A stretch of DNA of 64,000 nt, from positions 3,348,001 through 3,412,000 of the forward strand of contig NC_043012.1 in NCBI RefSeq assembly GCF_006345805.1, in the 5' to 3' direction. This document shows, one piece after another, positions 1 through 11,788 of the stretch; positions within the stretch are counted from its first letter, which is position 1, and each line of letters starts with the position of its first letter. The notes beneath the pieces are model-generated. The model saw only the letters and a program-made list of their open reading frames with translations. It made no database searches and was not told where the DNA came from. The stretch comes from Octopus sinensis (taxonomy: Eukaryota). Both the position numbers and the translations under genes were made by a program.

Positions 1-47
1 CGCCAATGATCCACATGTAGTTACATTTTGAAATATGTATATATATA

Positions 48-74
<27 letters not shown>

Positions 75-78
<4 letters not shown>

Positions 79-319
79 ATTATTAGAGAGTTACCACTAT
101 GTGGATAGCTCTAGTGCTAAAAATAGCTCCGTTAGTATAGCCACAGAAAAGATGTGGCTATACTAACGGAGATATTTTTAGCACTAGAGCTATCCACATA
201 GTGGTAACTCTCTAATAATTTATGTATAAATTTGTATTATCTCCCTAGTTTTACGTGCTAAGCCACTTAGTGTTAAATTAATGGTATTATTAAATTAATA
301 TCAATTTTTCACCCTCATT

Positions 320-325
<6 letters not shown>
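75..325. mobile_element. (TA)n-flanked element with 71-bp fold-back (Penelope-like end or MITE, unresolved)
   Basis: Arms 75-145 and 153-223 with one mismatch (126/172), 7-nt loop; right side continues ~100 bp to a TA tract at ~326-349. Confidence 0.55.
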
Positions 326-349
<24 letters not shown>

Positions 350-350
<1 letters not shown>

Positions 351-801
351 CGTCGTCATCATCATCATCATTTTATGTCTGTTGTTCATGCTGGATTGGG
401 TTTGACAGTTTGACTAGGGCTGGCAAGCTGGAAGGCTGCACTAGACTCCAGACTGATTTGGCATGGTTTCTACGGCTGGATGCCCTTCCTAACGCCAACC
501 ACTCCGAGAGTGTAATGGGTGCTTTTACATGCCACAGGCACAGGTGCCATTTGCTTGACACTTGTATCTACCACGACTGCGGTTTTGCTCAACTTGATGG
601 GTCTTCTTCTCAAGCACGACAGTTTCAGTCATTGCCTCCATGAGGCCAAACATTTGAAAGGTGCTTTTTATGTGCAACTAACATCAGCCATGACTGTGAT
701 TTCATTTGGCTTGGTGGGTTCTCTCAAGCAGAGCACATTGCCAAATGTCTCGGTCAACAGTCATTTCCTCCTTGAGGCCCAAAGTTCAAAGATCATGCTT
801 G
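350..801 (-). mobile_element. RTE-clade LINE 3' fragment with (GAT)n tail
   Basis: Minus strand encodes KHDL*TLGLKEEMTVDRDIWQCALLERT, like the ORF end at 54752-55153, then the shared 3' UTR (GAAGGGCATCCAGC motif) and a GAT-repeat tail. Confidence 0.75.
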
Positions 802-1059
802 ATATATATATATATATATATAAACGACCTTCAAACCCACAAGAGTAAACAAGAGAGACAGAGACAGGCAGAAACAAGGAAAATGCCACTTGTATTTGAA
901 CACTATACAAATATTCTTTTAAAAAAACTTTTTCTTTTAATTTTTCCAAATTTAATTGTTTTCCATACTTACAGTTGAAAAAGTCTCAATGACTGAAACT
1001 GGTACTGAAATGTTTTTTATAAAATTAATTTAGCATTTTCTATCTTGACTTTTTTTATC

Positions 1060-1062
<3 letters not shown>

Positions 1063-1126
<64 letters not shown>
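1063..1126. repeat. (TA)n microsatellite
   Basis: About 32 uninterrupted TA units. Confidence 0.95.
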
Positions 1127-1134
<8 letters not shown>

Positions 1135-1144
1135 TATATCTCCC

Positions 1145-1390
1145 CTACTGTCCCTCTAGCGTCTAACGTCTGACCTCTGCCTGAAGTCAGAATGCCATGA
1201 TAGATCATTAGCTCCTACACACATTTTTTTCTCTCCTTGTTTTTTTCTGTGTATCTTTCTGTCGAAGAGCGTAGGCTCGAAATGTAAAAGACTTGTTCTA
1301 TTTCTATTCCTGAGCGCCATACTAATACATTTGTTTGTTTGTACTCCACCTGCCTTCATCTTTTGTTTATTTTCGTAAACCTTCCCGTTA
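1145..1390 (+). mobile_element. Short TA-tailed element carrying an HHR-like motif (Penelope-like terminal fragment)
   Basis: Homologous to 18050-18220 (+) and 30668-30935 (-); all three run from the GAGC-GTAG-GCTC-GAAA motif through ~100 nt to a TA tract. Confidence 0.55.
1254..1291 (+). ncRNA. Minimal hammerhead-like motif with non-canonical core
   Basis: TCTTT-CTGTCGA-A-GAGC-GTAG-GCTC-GAAA-TG-TA-AAAGA; same family as 30759-30794 and 18095-18130; lacks canonical A6. Confidence 0.35.
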
Positions 1391-1476
1391 TATATATACA
1401 TACATACATACCTGTATAAACACAAACTCCTTTACTTCTGTAACATTTTCACTCTCCTTCTGGATTTGTTTTGCAG

Positions 1477-1868
1477 GTTCTGTTAATCACCGATGGTTGT
1501 TCTGGCGTTGGTCCCGGTTCTTTGTCTTATTCATTACAAAAGTATCACAAAAGAGAATCAAAGAACAACAGTGAGAAAGGGAGCTTCCCGTTACCTTTCA
1601 ACACAAGATGCAAACTGTATGTGATGTGCATTGCACCCCCATCAGATCCTAACCTCCGGGTTTCTCTGCCGCTCTTTCAAAAGCTGATTGACATCAATGG
1701 TTATGGCGGAGACATTTACACCCCGGATGCTGCCCTTTCTACAAAATCTGTCCAGCAGATGTTCCAGAGATTTGCCGATGACATCTTCTCTCCCTATGTT
1801 ATGACATTGACCTGTGGTCAGCTAAAATGTACAGTCCAGCTATATCCACCACCAGAACCTTATGAAAA
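1477..1868 (+). CDS. INTS14: Integrator complex subunit 14 (VWA9), internal coding exon A
   Basis: Acceptor tttgttttgcAG at 1476, donor AA|GTAGGT after 1868 (phase 2). Encodes VLLITDGCSGVGPGSL...FPLPF...KLYVMCIA...LIDING...LTCGQLKCTVQLYPPPEPYE, recognisably like vertebrate INTS14 (VVLVTDGCLGIGRGSL...FPLPFPFPSKLYIMCMA...VFPRPEPF, recalled). Confidence 0.9.
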
Positions 1869-2863
1869 GTAGGTATTCTATTTTTGTTGCTTTTTTTTGT
1901 TTATTTCTTTTACATTACTGTTATTTTTTTGTTTTTTGTTGGTCAGCTTTTCCTTGCTTCCTATCCTCCTCTTTACTGTTATAACAGATATGGTACAGTG
2001 ACATGAAATGCTGTACATTCTTTCACAAACCAATGAGGGATCCTCAGTAACTGGGATGAAGTAAATTATATGACCTGCTAGAAATAGTAGCCAAATCTCC
2101 CTTAGATTACACCCTGCCATCTTGAAATGAGAGTGACACATTGAATAATGTAGTCTTACATATACAAACAGTGCTCAAGTGAAGTTGGTTGTAGATGAGA
2201 TGCTTCTCTTCATATGTGTGGCCTGGAATATACAACAAATTCTGTTTAGATTGACTTTCCTTATTGTCGATAAAAACAAACAAGTCAAACTGGCTTGGCA
2301 GGGAAGAATAAATTTGATTTGTTAGGGGAGTTTATTTGACTTGGTCCTTGTTTTATTCATAAATTGGTAACCTAATGATTATTATTAATTACTATAAGGA
2401 GCAGATATGGCTGCATGTTAAGAAGTTTGCTTCTCAACAATCACCTGTTTCATGCCACCTTGGAAAAGTATCTTCTACAGTAGTCCTGGGCTGACCAAAG
2501 CCTTGTGAGTGGATGTAGTAGACAGGAATTGAAAGAAGTCCATCGTGTTTGTGTGTAGGCACAGGGCTTAGTGTTTAGGGTGTTGGACACATGATCACAT
2601 AATTGTGGTTTTGATTCTTGGACCAAGCAATGTGCACTTCATTTCACGTTGCTCCAGTCCACTCAAATGGAGAAAACTGAGTAATCCTATGGTAGACCAG
2701 CATCCCATTCAATCGGGGAATACACCACAGAATCTGGGAAACCAGCCTTATGAATCTGTGATTTGGGAAGGACTTTTGATGGACTTCTTTTAGCTTCCGT
2801 CTACCAATGCTTTGGTTGGCCCAAGGCTATTGTAGAAGACATCTTTCTAAAGTACCTATGTAT

Positions 2864-3256
2864 AGGAGTAGGTGTGGCTGTGTGGTAAGAAGCTTGCTTC
2901 CCACCCAAATGGTTCTGGGTTCAGTCCCACTGTGTGGCACCTTGGGCAAGTGTCTTCTACTATATCCTTGGGTCGACCAAAGCCATGTGAGTGTACTTGG
3001 TTGATGAAAACTGAAAGAAGCTCATCATGTGTGTGTGTGGCTTTGTATTTGTGTCTGTTCCCTACCAGCACTTGACAACCAGTGCTGGTTTGTTTATGTC
3101 CCATAACTTAGTGGTTCAACAAAATGGACTAACAGAATAAGTATGAGGCTTAACAAAATTAAGTACTGGGGTTGATTCATTTGACGGAAAGTCCTTCAAA
3201 TCAGTGCCCCAGCATGGCCACAGTGTAATAACTGAAACAAGTAAAAGCTAAAAGAT
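2864..3256 (+). mobile_element. tRNA-derived SINE, family 2 (GTGGCTGTGTGGTAAG head, CR1-derived tail)
   Basis: Full-length copy of a ~390-bp family with an internal TG microsatellite, ending CAGCATGGCCACAG...TGAAACAAGTAAAAG. Partial copies near 2400-2560, 6375-6495, 10135-10295, 24050-24230, 63715-63790. Confidence 0.8.
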
Positions 3257-3560
3257 AAATGATGTCAACAGTTACTTATTGGATCTATTTAACCTTTGTA
3301 TTGAAAAAACATAATAAATGCAGTTTTTACTTTTTGCTCAGGAAAACATTTTTTTGTATAGGAAAATACTTTCAGTTTAGTTCAAAATAAAGCACAAAAA
3401 CATTTTTACTTTATTTGCTAAGAAAAATACTTTCACTTTTGGCTAGAAAAATTTTTTGTTTTTGTTTTTATATGTTGCAGAAAAAACACTTTCACTTTTG
3501 CCCTACACTTCCATTATGAGAGTAAAGTAAATATGCGTGCATGCATGCATGTATGTACAT

Positions 3561-3594
<34 letters not shown>

Positions 3595-3837
3595 GTATAT
3601 TTGATTTATGTATGTATGTGTTTACATACATAAGTGGGTACATCTGTATGTACATATTTATGTACTTACATACATACGTGCGTACATACATGCATGCATA
3701 CACATATATTTACATTACTATCATTATGGAATACCATAATACCATAAAGTGTATGTATGTACATATGTATGTGCATATGTATATATGTTAAATACATATG
3801 CACACATACATGCATGCATGCATACATACATACATAC

Positions 3838-4187
3838 AGGCGCAGGAGTGGCTGTGTGGTAAGTAGCTCACTTGCCAACCACATGGTTCCAGGTTCAGTC
3901 CCACTGCGTGGCATCTTGGGCAAGTGGATTTGGTAGACGGAAACTGAAAAGAAGCCTGTCGTATATATATATGTGTGTGTGTGTGTTTGTGTGTCTGTGT
4001 TTGTCCCCTCAACATCATTTGACAACCGATGGTGGTGTGTTTACGTCGCCGTAACTTAGCGGTTTGGCAAAAATGACTGATAGAATAAGTACTGGGCTTA
4101 CAAAGAATAAGTCCTGGGGTCGATTTCCTCGACTAAAGGCGGTGCTCCAGCATGGCCGCAGTCAAATGACTGAAACAAGTAAAAGAG
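3838..4187 (+). mobile_element. SINE family 2 copy with internal deletion
   Basis: Colinear with 51805-52194 but joins GGGCAAGT directly to GGATTTGG. Confidence 0.8.
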
Positions 4188-4563
4188 TATACACACATAC
4201 ATACATACTGGGCTTCTTTTAGTTTCCATTTATCAGATTCACTCCCAATGCTGTCATTGTCCTGAGAGGCTATAGTAGAAGACATTTGCCTGCATTATCT
4301 ATGTATATGCACAATTTCTTTATGATATTGAATCTATTTACTGTTTGCTCCATACAGCAAAGCCTGGACCTATATCTGCTTTTTGAGTGCGGTTTAGGAA
4401 CCCTAATGATGTCCCAACTCAAATTGAGCTGTTTGAAATTTTAAAGAGATCAAATAGTGAAGAATCTACAAACTAATAGACTGGACCTTCATCTTTCCTG
4501 TGTACATAAGGCTATCTGCACGTTTAAATATTTTAAGGACACTAAACAACCTCTATAATAACT

Positions 4564-4950
4564 AGGAGGCGCAATGGCCCAGTGGTTAGGACAGCGGACT
4601 CACGGTTGTAGGATCGCGGTTTCGATTCCCAGACCGGGCGTTGTGAGTGTTTATTGAGCGAAGACACCTAAAGCTCCACGAGGCTCCGGCAGGGATGGTG
4701 GTGATCCCTGCTGTACTCTTTCACCACAACTTTCTCTCACTCTTACTTCCTGTTTCTGTTGTACCTGTATTTCAAAGGGCCGACCTTGTCATTCTCTGTG
4801 TCACGCTGAATATCCCCGAGAACTACGTTAAGGGTACACGTGTCTGTGGAGTGCTCAGCCACTCACACGTTAATTTCACGAGCAGGCTGTTCCGTTGATC
4901 GGATCAACCGGAACCCTCGTCGGCGTAACCGACAGAGTGCTTCCGATCCA
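4564..4950 (+). mobile_element. tRNA-derived SINE, family 1 (resembles recalled octopus OR-type SINEs), full length
   Basis: A box TGGCCCAGTGG 4575-85, B box GGTTTCGATTCC 4618-29; 9-bp TSD ATAATAACT at 4555-63 and 4951-59; closely matches 11398-11788. Confidence 0.85.
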
Positions 4951-7145
4951 ATAATAACTCCTAACCTAGGGCCAATCTAATTTACTCCCTCTGTTGCTGA
5001 CCCAATTGTCAATTGATCTACCCAGTAGTTCCTGAGTCCTTCTAGTCTCATTTCCCTTTACCGTTATTTTCTAACCGCTCCTATTATACTTGCATGGCAT
5101 GCTATATTGAAGGAACTAACCATTCTATCTGTGGTGTACCTGGTATTCTGCAATAGTGATAGCAAAGCTATCTAACCTAGAAGTAGCAGCTTACACACCC
5201 TAGCCAGTTCTTCTACTAGGTATGTAACCCTTACACCAAGATACATTTGTTTGAGCTGCGCTTGTTAAATAATAGACAGAATACTCTATCCAAACCTCTT
5301 ACCAGTGACTATTGTCTGAAGTTGTTTTACTTGATTCACACAAAAACGCTTATACTATCTAATTAAATAATATTGATGCCACCTGTATAACATTCCATAT
5401 TGTTAATCATTAGACTACTCCCTACTGCTGGCTTTCTTTGATATCTGATCTGATATTTCCTTTCACTCAGTACTAGGTGTAGTCTATTATATAACCCTTC
5501 TTTCCACTCCTTAATGATAAGTAGTGCTCTACTTTTACTAACACTGCTATTCCATAAAAGTTTGATCTTCTTATTTGGATTACCTTCATACCCTCCTCAA
5601 CTTTCAACCAGTATCCACAGAGTGCCCCTAAATTCTGTGTATCTCTGCCCGCTTCCTTTTGTCCTTTAGCCTTAGCTATGGAATCCAAAACCCTGACCCG
5701 ATGTCTATTTGGCTTGTATGCTTTTATTTTTCTTCACCCTTATTTTTGCTTTATTTATTTATTCTTTCTTTTTCCCTAATTTACATTAGGACCTCTCCTT
5801 ACTTCCCACTGCTCTAAGCCTACTATAATAAAATATCACCTACACCCCACTCCAGTCTACCTAAGAACCAGTCTAGCAGAGATGTATCTCACCCAGGTCA
5901 CTGATCTTAGATATCATATTACACACTTTCAAGAACTATATTCTTAACCTCAATGACCAACTTTGCTGGTCATTCTCCTATTTTATAGTTGGCCTCCACA
6001 GACTTCAGCCACATCCCTGCTGTACAATTGGGATATTACTTTGTTTGTAAAATTACTTTTCATCTGATGATTATGGGTGTTTTTGTAATGGAGTAATGTT
6101 CTCATTCTTCTATTAAAAATGATACATAAACAGTTGTAATGAGCTGACAATTATCCATCATATGTTATTCATTTGATTATAATACACTAAGGGAATTTAC
6201 AACTTGTCTGACACCCTAGGGTATACCAACAATGTACTATTCAAAGTAACGTGTGATTTGAACCAGCCCCTTGGTACAAAATACCCATAGGGTTGGTTTT
6301 CTCTGTATACACAACCGGAATATCCTACTATTTGATACTTATCAACCATAGGCCGGAACCACAAGTTATCCAGATTTTGGTCAGTCCAAAGCTATAGTAG
6401 AAGACACTTGTCCAAGGTAGCATGCAGTGGGATTGAACATGGAACCATGTAGTTAGGAAGTAAGCTTCTTACCATACAGCCATGTCTGCACCTATGGATT
6501 TTGTGAGAAATTTTTTTTAATAAAAATGTATCGTATCTGCCATCAAATATGGTAACAGTTTTTTAGTATGTGGTGCACACCAAGACTAGGTTCCTCAAAC
6601 TAGTTTTCTTTTCTTTTCTTTTTTTTTTGTTTCCTCTTCTGTTGCTATCTCACCAACATTTATCATTCCTCTTCTTTCATCATCTTTCTCTGTGGTTGTT
6701 TGACCAGCTATAAACAGTGGCAAAATTCCCTTCAAGCCATAGCTTACCATCTTAAATAAGAGCACCTGAGATACTGTCACCCTGTATACAAGGCTTGAAA
6801 ATACCCTAAGATGGTCATGGTTGGAACACTTTGAACAATGCTGACCTGTGGTTAAACAACAACAAAATCATCTTACCAAGCTAAGACCTGTGGAAGTAAT
6901 TTTCTGGATTACTTCCCTTCTCGTCCGTATTTTTTTCCTATAAATATCTCTTTAGACTATACATAACTGAAATATGTGTATTATGTTTTCCTCTTTCCTT
7001 TTCTTTTCCTTGCCTATATATCCTTGTTCATCTATCAACACAAACACCCACACATTTATATAAGTAATTATATACTTATAGTGCTTATGGTGTGTGTGTG
7101 TGTGTATACACAAAACACACACACACACACATATATTCTTTTATT

Positions 7146-8527
7146 TCTTTTAATTGTTTCAGTCATTTGACTGGAGCCATTAGTCAAGCAAATCGACCCC
7201 AGGATTTATTCTTTGTAGACCTCGTACTTATTCTATCGGTCTGTTTTGCTGAACTGCTAAGTTGCAGTTCAGCACACCAACATCAGTTGTCAAGCGATGT
7301 TGAGGGGGGGGGGTACACAAAACACACAAACACACACACACATACTACAGGCTTCTTTCAGTTTCCATCTACCAAATTCACTCATAAGGCTTTGGTTAGC
7401 CCAAGACACTTGCCCAAAGTGCCCCGCAGTGGGACTGAACCCAGGACTATGTGGTTGGTAAGCAAGCTACTTGTATTCATATAATTTGCCACAAGAGCAT
7501 TACACAGATGTAGCTGCGGGCTGGACATTACATTAATGAGATGAAATGATAAACGAAATTATGATATTAATGAGAGGAGCAAAAGACGCCCACCGATCTT
7601 CTGCTTCTCTAAAACATTGTTCTTCAAAAAACAAAACGTGGTACTAAACCTCTTACCTCAGTTCTTACAATTACTGGACTTAATAGTCCATTACAAATTG
7701 AGGCGCTGAGCCTCTTACAAACAATAACATACAATGAACGTTTAGGCACTAAAGCCTCTTTATCCTTCCTCCCTGACCAGGCTGTATGCCTCCCGTAGGC
7801 AATGCTCCAGCTCCAGGTCAGGGACCCAGAAGGCGAACCTAAACTGTTCCTTCTGGAAGGAGTCCAACACCCTGAACATGTAGACTTCTGATCTGACTTC
7901 CATAGTCATCTGCGGAGGCCAATCCAGGTCTTCAGTCCAGGGCATGGGCTCCTCCTTCCGGCCCTCTAGCTTCCTTAAGAAGCTCTGTATTGCTCCTCCC
8001 TTATGGAAGAAGATAACAAAATTATCTCTCGTCACTCTGGAAGGGGCCACAGTTTCCTCTGTCGGTGACACACTCTCCACCGACAAAGTTTCAGGGCATG
8101 CTGGCAGTGTACCATCAACCGCCAGCAATATCCCTTTCTTTTTCTATTTTCTTTTTCTCCCCTTTGCTACGGGAGGCTGTGGTACCTCTACTTTATCTGG
8201 AGGATCTTCCTCCCCTCCCGCAGCTTTAGGGTCGTTCGGTGGGCAACCATTGTTGCCCACCTTCTTTCTTTTCTTTCCTTTTTTCAAGGAGGTCTCCACA
8301 TCCTCAACTGCCTCCATCTCTCCCTCCAATGGGGGAGTGGGAGCCACTACTTTTATTAACTGCTCCAGGACCTTACTTTGGTCCTGAGGACAGTTCTTTT
8401 TAATGTGGCCTGGTTCCAGGCACAGGTGACACTTGGTGGGTTGGGCATCCCTCAAGAATGACCAGATATCTAGAACCGGCCATTCTCAATAAAGCAAGCT
8501 ACTTACCACACAGCCACTGCTGTGCCT
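7146..8527 (-). mobile_element. SINE family 2 copy split by a 1019-bp insertion
   Basis: Body 7146-7472 and 5' head 8505-8527 rejoin into the family consensus once 7473-8491 and one TSD copy are removed. Confidence 0.8.
7473..8491 (-). mobile_element. 5'-truncated retro-insertion encoding only a CCHC zinc-knuckle ORF1/gag-like C-terminus (L1/Tx1-like, no ORF2)
   Basis: ORFs 8144-8455 and 7760-8128 are in one frame separated by a single TAG; CHLCLEPGHIKKNC (C-X2-C-X4-H-X4-C) at 8390-8431; 13-bp TSD AAGCAAGCTACTT at 7460-72 and 8492-8504. Confidence 0.7.
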
Positions 8528-9839
8528 ATTTGTGGGTGTGTGTGTGTGAGTGAGTGTGTGTCCTTTATTTTTGTTTAAGAAAAGGTTGTGAATGGCAACG
8601 AAAAGGACTTGGACAAACCTAACTAATTGATTGACTAACCAAATAATTGATTAGTTGATTAAGTAGTAAAGCAATTAAAGAATAATAGAACTACTGTATG
8701 GGTTTATTTATTGACATAATAATGCTCCAATGATACCACAAAATCTATCTGTGTGTATGTGTATTTATATATATATGTATTTGTATATATATCATACATA
8801 TTTGTATGCATATGTATTTGTGTATCATCATCATCATCGCCGTCATTTAACATCCACTGTCCATGCTGGCGTAGGTGGGACAGTTTGACAAAAGCCAGAC
8901 AGGTGGAAGCCTGTACCAGACTTTTTTCTGTAACTGTTTCAGCAGGATTTGTGCAGCTGGATGCTCTTCCAAACTCCATATTTGTGTGTGTGTGTGTATT
9001 TGTGCATATGTATATTTGTATATATCTAATCTATAAAATCCGTTCTGTCTGATGTTTGTGCACTTATAACTCATGTATTGGTCATCTGATCATGCTAAAA
9101 TTTTAAACATAGATACATGAAAAAGCAGGGTGCTCCATAATCTAAAAAGATTTTCAAAATTGTTAGTTTGAAAGTGAGAATTGCTATTTTTGTAATCTTT
9201 TTGTCCTGTTTGTTCCACCATTGAAAGCAACATGTTTGTTGAGAAAGCTGGTACATACCATTTCACTAGCAACAAGGGGAGTACAGGATGAGAGTCATCC
9301 AGAACCGTCACTATGCTATCTATCTTCTTTCCTCTCTCTGTCTTTCTTATAATGTCCAATTCCACTTGAAGTTGTATGTATATTGTGTTAAGATTCATTA
9401 TCAATCAATTATCCTTATTGAGAAGAAACAGTCAAAAGTAACCACCACATACAATCACCAAACATCTCCACTACTTAACACCATCCAGGTTTGGGGTTAA
9501 TAATCTTAATCTTTAGTAACAGTTTCTCATTCCAACTATATAATAGGCAGAATTGTTAGATTAAGACGGTAGGGTGTTTTGAAGGAGATTTGGCTGCTGT
9601 TTCTACCAAGTCTAGAGCTCTCCCTCATTGGCTCATACATCATGTATACATAAATAAATAAATATATACATAAATAAACAAACTTTTGATGGTTTTATAA
9701 ATATTTCAAAATTATGAGGCTTTGATGCTAGGTTTTTCCATTATTTTGTTCAACCCCTGTATATGTGCAGATGTATATTCACATATACACATGCATGTGA
9801 GTGTGTGTTTGTGTGTATAAGTGAGATAAGTTTCACTTC

Positions 9840-10095
9840 TAATAGTTTCAGCATTAATAGTGAAAGTATCTCACATTAGAGTAGAGATGTTATGGTGTCA
9901 CTTTTGACACGTAATATTGAAATAGTATAAGAGATTGCTCCCGGCTCGTGTTAGGCAAGAAGTTGATTATTTCTTTAGCCCATGACACTTCATGGACCCT
10001 AAGTAGCGTATGTGTAAAATTTGAATGAAATCGGTTGAGTTTTTGTGATGCACACATACAGACAGACAAACGCACATTCTCACTTTTATATATAC
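9840..10095 (+). mobile_element. Non-autonomous Helitron/Helentron-like 3' segment
   Basis: AAAATTTGAATGAAATCGGTTGAG...CAGACAGACAAAC...TTTTATATATA resembles recalled DINE-1/Lep1-type ends; homologous to 11230-11845 and 49150-49297. Confidence 0.5.
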
Positions 10096-11397
10096 ATGTA
10101 TGTATGTATGTATGTATAATGCATACACAAATATATGACAGGCTTCTTTCAGTTTCTGCCAACCAAATCCACTCACAAGGCTTTGGTTGCCCAAAGCTCT
10201 AGTAAAAGACACGTGCCCAAAGCACCATGCTGTGGGACTGAACCTGGAACCATGTGGTTGCGAAGCAAACTTCTCACCACAGCCACACCTGCATATATGT
10301 GTGTGTGTGTGTGTGTGAGGTAAAATTTGGTTTGTCCAGACTGAATGTGGAGAGTTTATGCACTCGGATAGTGTTACAGTAGTGTTGTAGATGTGCCTGG
10401 GTTGTCTAGAGGTGGTTATACATGTAGAGGCAGCGACTGTCATGGTTCCGATTTGCTGCTGCAACAAACCCTGTCCCCTTCCGTGTCTTCATTGTCTTTC
10501 ATTGTATTTTTCATTTCCTTGTGTTGGTGTTTCCTGTGATTCATTTTGATTAAACAAGATCTGTGATCAAAAGGACTCCTGTTTTTTTTTTCGCAGAGTG
10601 GTATGATTTAAAGGAAGTCTGGTTGCTATTATAAGCATGTCAAGTGACTGTGTAGTCATTTTTCAAATTAAATGTCTTGTGTATTTAATGCCTTAAGTGG
10701 GTTTTTGTTATGTGACAATGATGCTGATGCTGATTCTGGTGACATTAATGGTAATGGTAGCAGGGGTGGCAGTGAGAGCAGCAACAATGTTGACAATAGT
10801 GAATAAAGACACCACTTGTGTAGAATAATTCTGCCAGTAACCATCACCCATCACGGGTTCTGCGAAACTCATACATAATTACGTTGTAATTATGACTTAA
10901 TTATAGAGAATTAGTTGGCAATTAAGGAAAGGAAACAGTTTGAGAATAAGTTCACAAAGAATGCAGTCAATTTATGTTTAGAGAGAGAGAGAAACAGATA
11001 GCGGGTAAATTGGGTCAGTTTTCAGCTCTGCCTTGTAATATTTACATATTCCAACAGGAAGCAAGAATCTAAATAGTTCTACAACGTTTGAGTGGAGGTC
11101 ATAAGAGCAACTAACGGATTTAATTTTTTTTCTTTGTTTTTGTTGTTATTTTATTACACATGTGATATAAGTGAATCCAAAGTTGCAGTCTGTAGGAACA
11201 GAACTTTTAATATGATGATAGTAATAGTGAAAGTATATATAGTTTCACTATTAATAGTGAAAGTATCTCACATTACAATAGAGATGTTATGGTGTCACTT
11301 TGGACATGTAATATTTAAATAGTGTAAGAGATTGCTCCCGGCTCACGTTAGACAAGAAGTTGAAAATTTCTTTGGCCCATGACGATTCATGGACCCT

Positions 11398-11788
11398 GGA
11401 TGGATGGAAGCACTCCGTCGGTTACGACGACGAGGGTTCCGGTTGATCCGAATCAACGGAACAGCCTGCTCGTGAAATTAACGTGTAAGTGGCTGAGCAC
11501 TCCACAGACACGTGTACCCTTAACGTAGTTCTCGGGGATATTCAGCGTGACACAGAGAGTGACAAGGCCGGCCCTTAGAAATACAGGTACAACAGAAACA
11601 GGAAGTAAGAGTGAGAGAAAGTTGTGGTGAAAGAGTACAGCAGGGATCACCACCATCCCTGCCGGAGCCTCGTGGAGCTTTAGGTGTTTTCGCTCAATAA
11701 ACACTCACAACGCCCGGTCTGGGAATCGAAACCGTGATCCTATGACCGCGAGTCCGCTGCCCTAACCACTGGGCCATTGCGCCTCCAC
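11398..11788 (-). mobile_element. SINE family 1, full length, nested in a Helitron-like element
   Basis: 11-bp TSD TCATGGACCCT at 11387-97 and 11789-99; (ATCC)n tail; empty-site paralogue at 9990-10000. Confidence 0.85.

Noticed and set aside
4564-4640. tRNA gene candidates (also 47425, 42465, 11720 and the family 2/3 heads)
   Set aside because: A/B boxes are present, but each continues into a SINE body and no convincing cloverleaf could be drawn.
4647-4898. Repeated 83-aa ORF (also 11453-11704) suggesting a duplicated small gene
   Set aside because: Both lie wholly inside copies of the same SINE.
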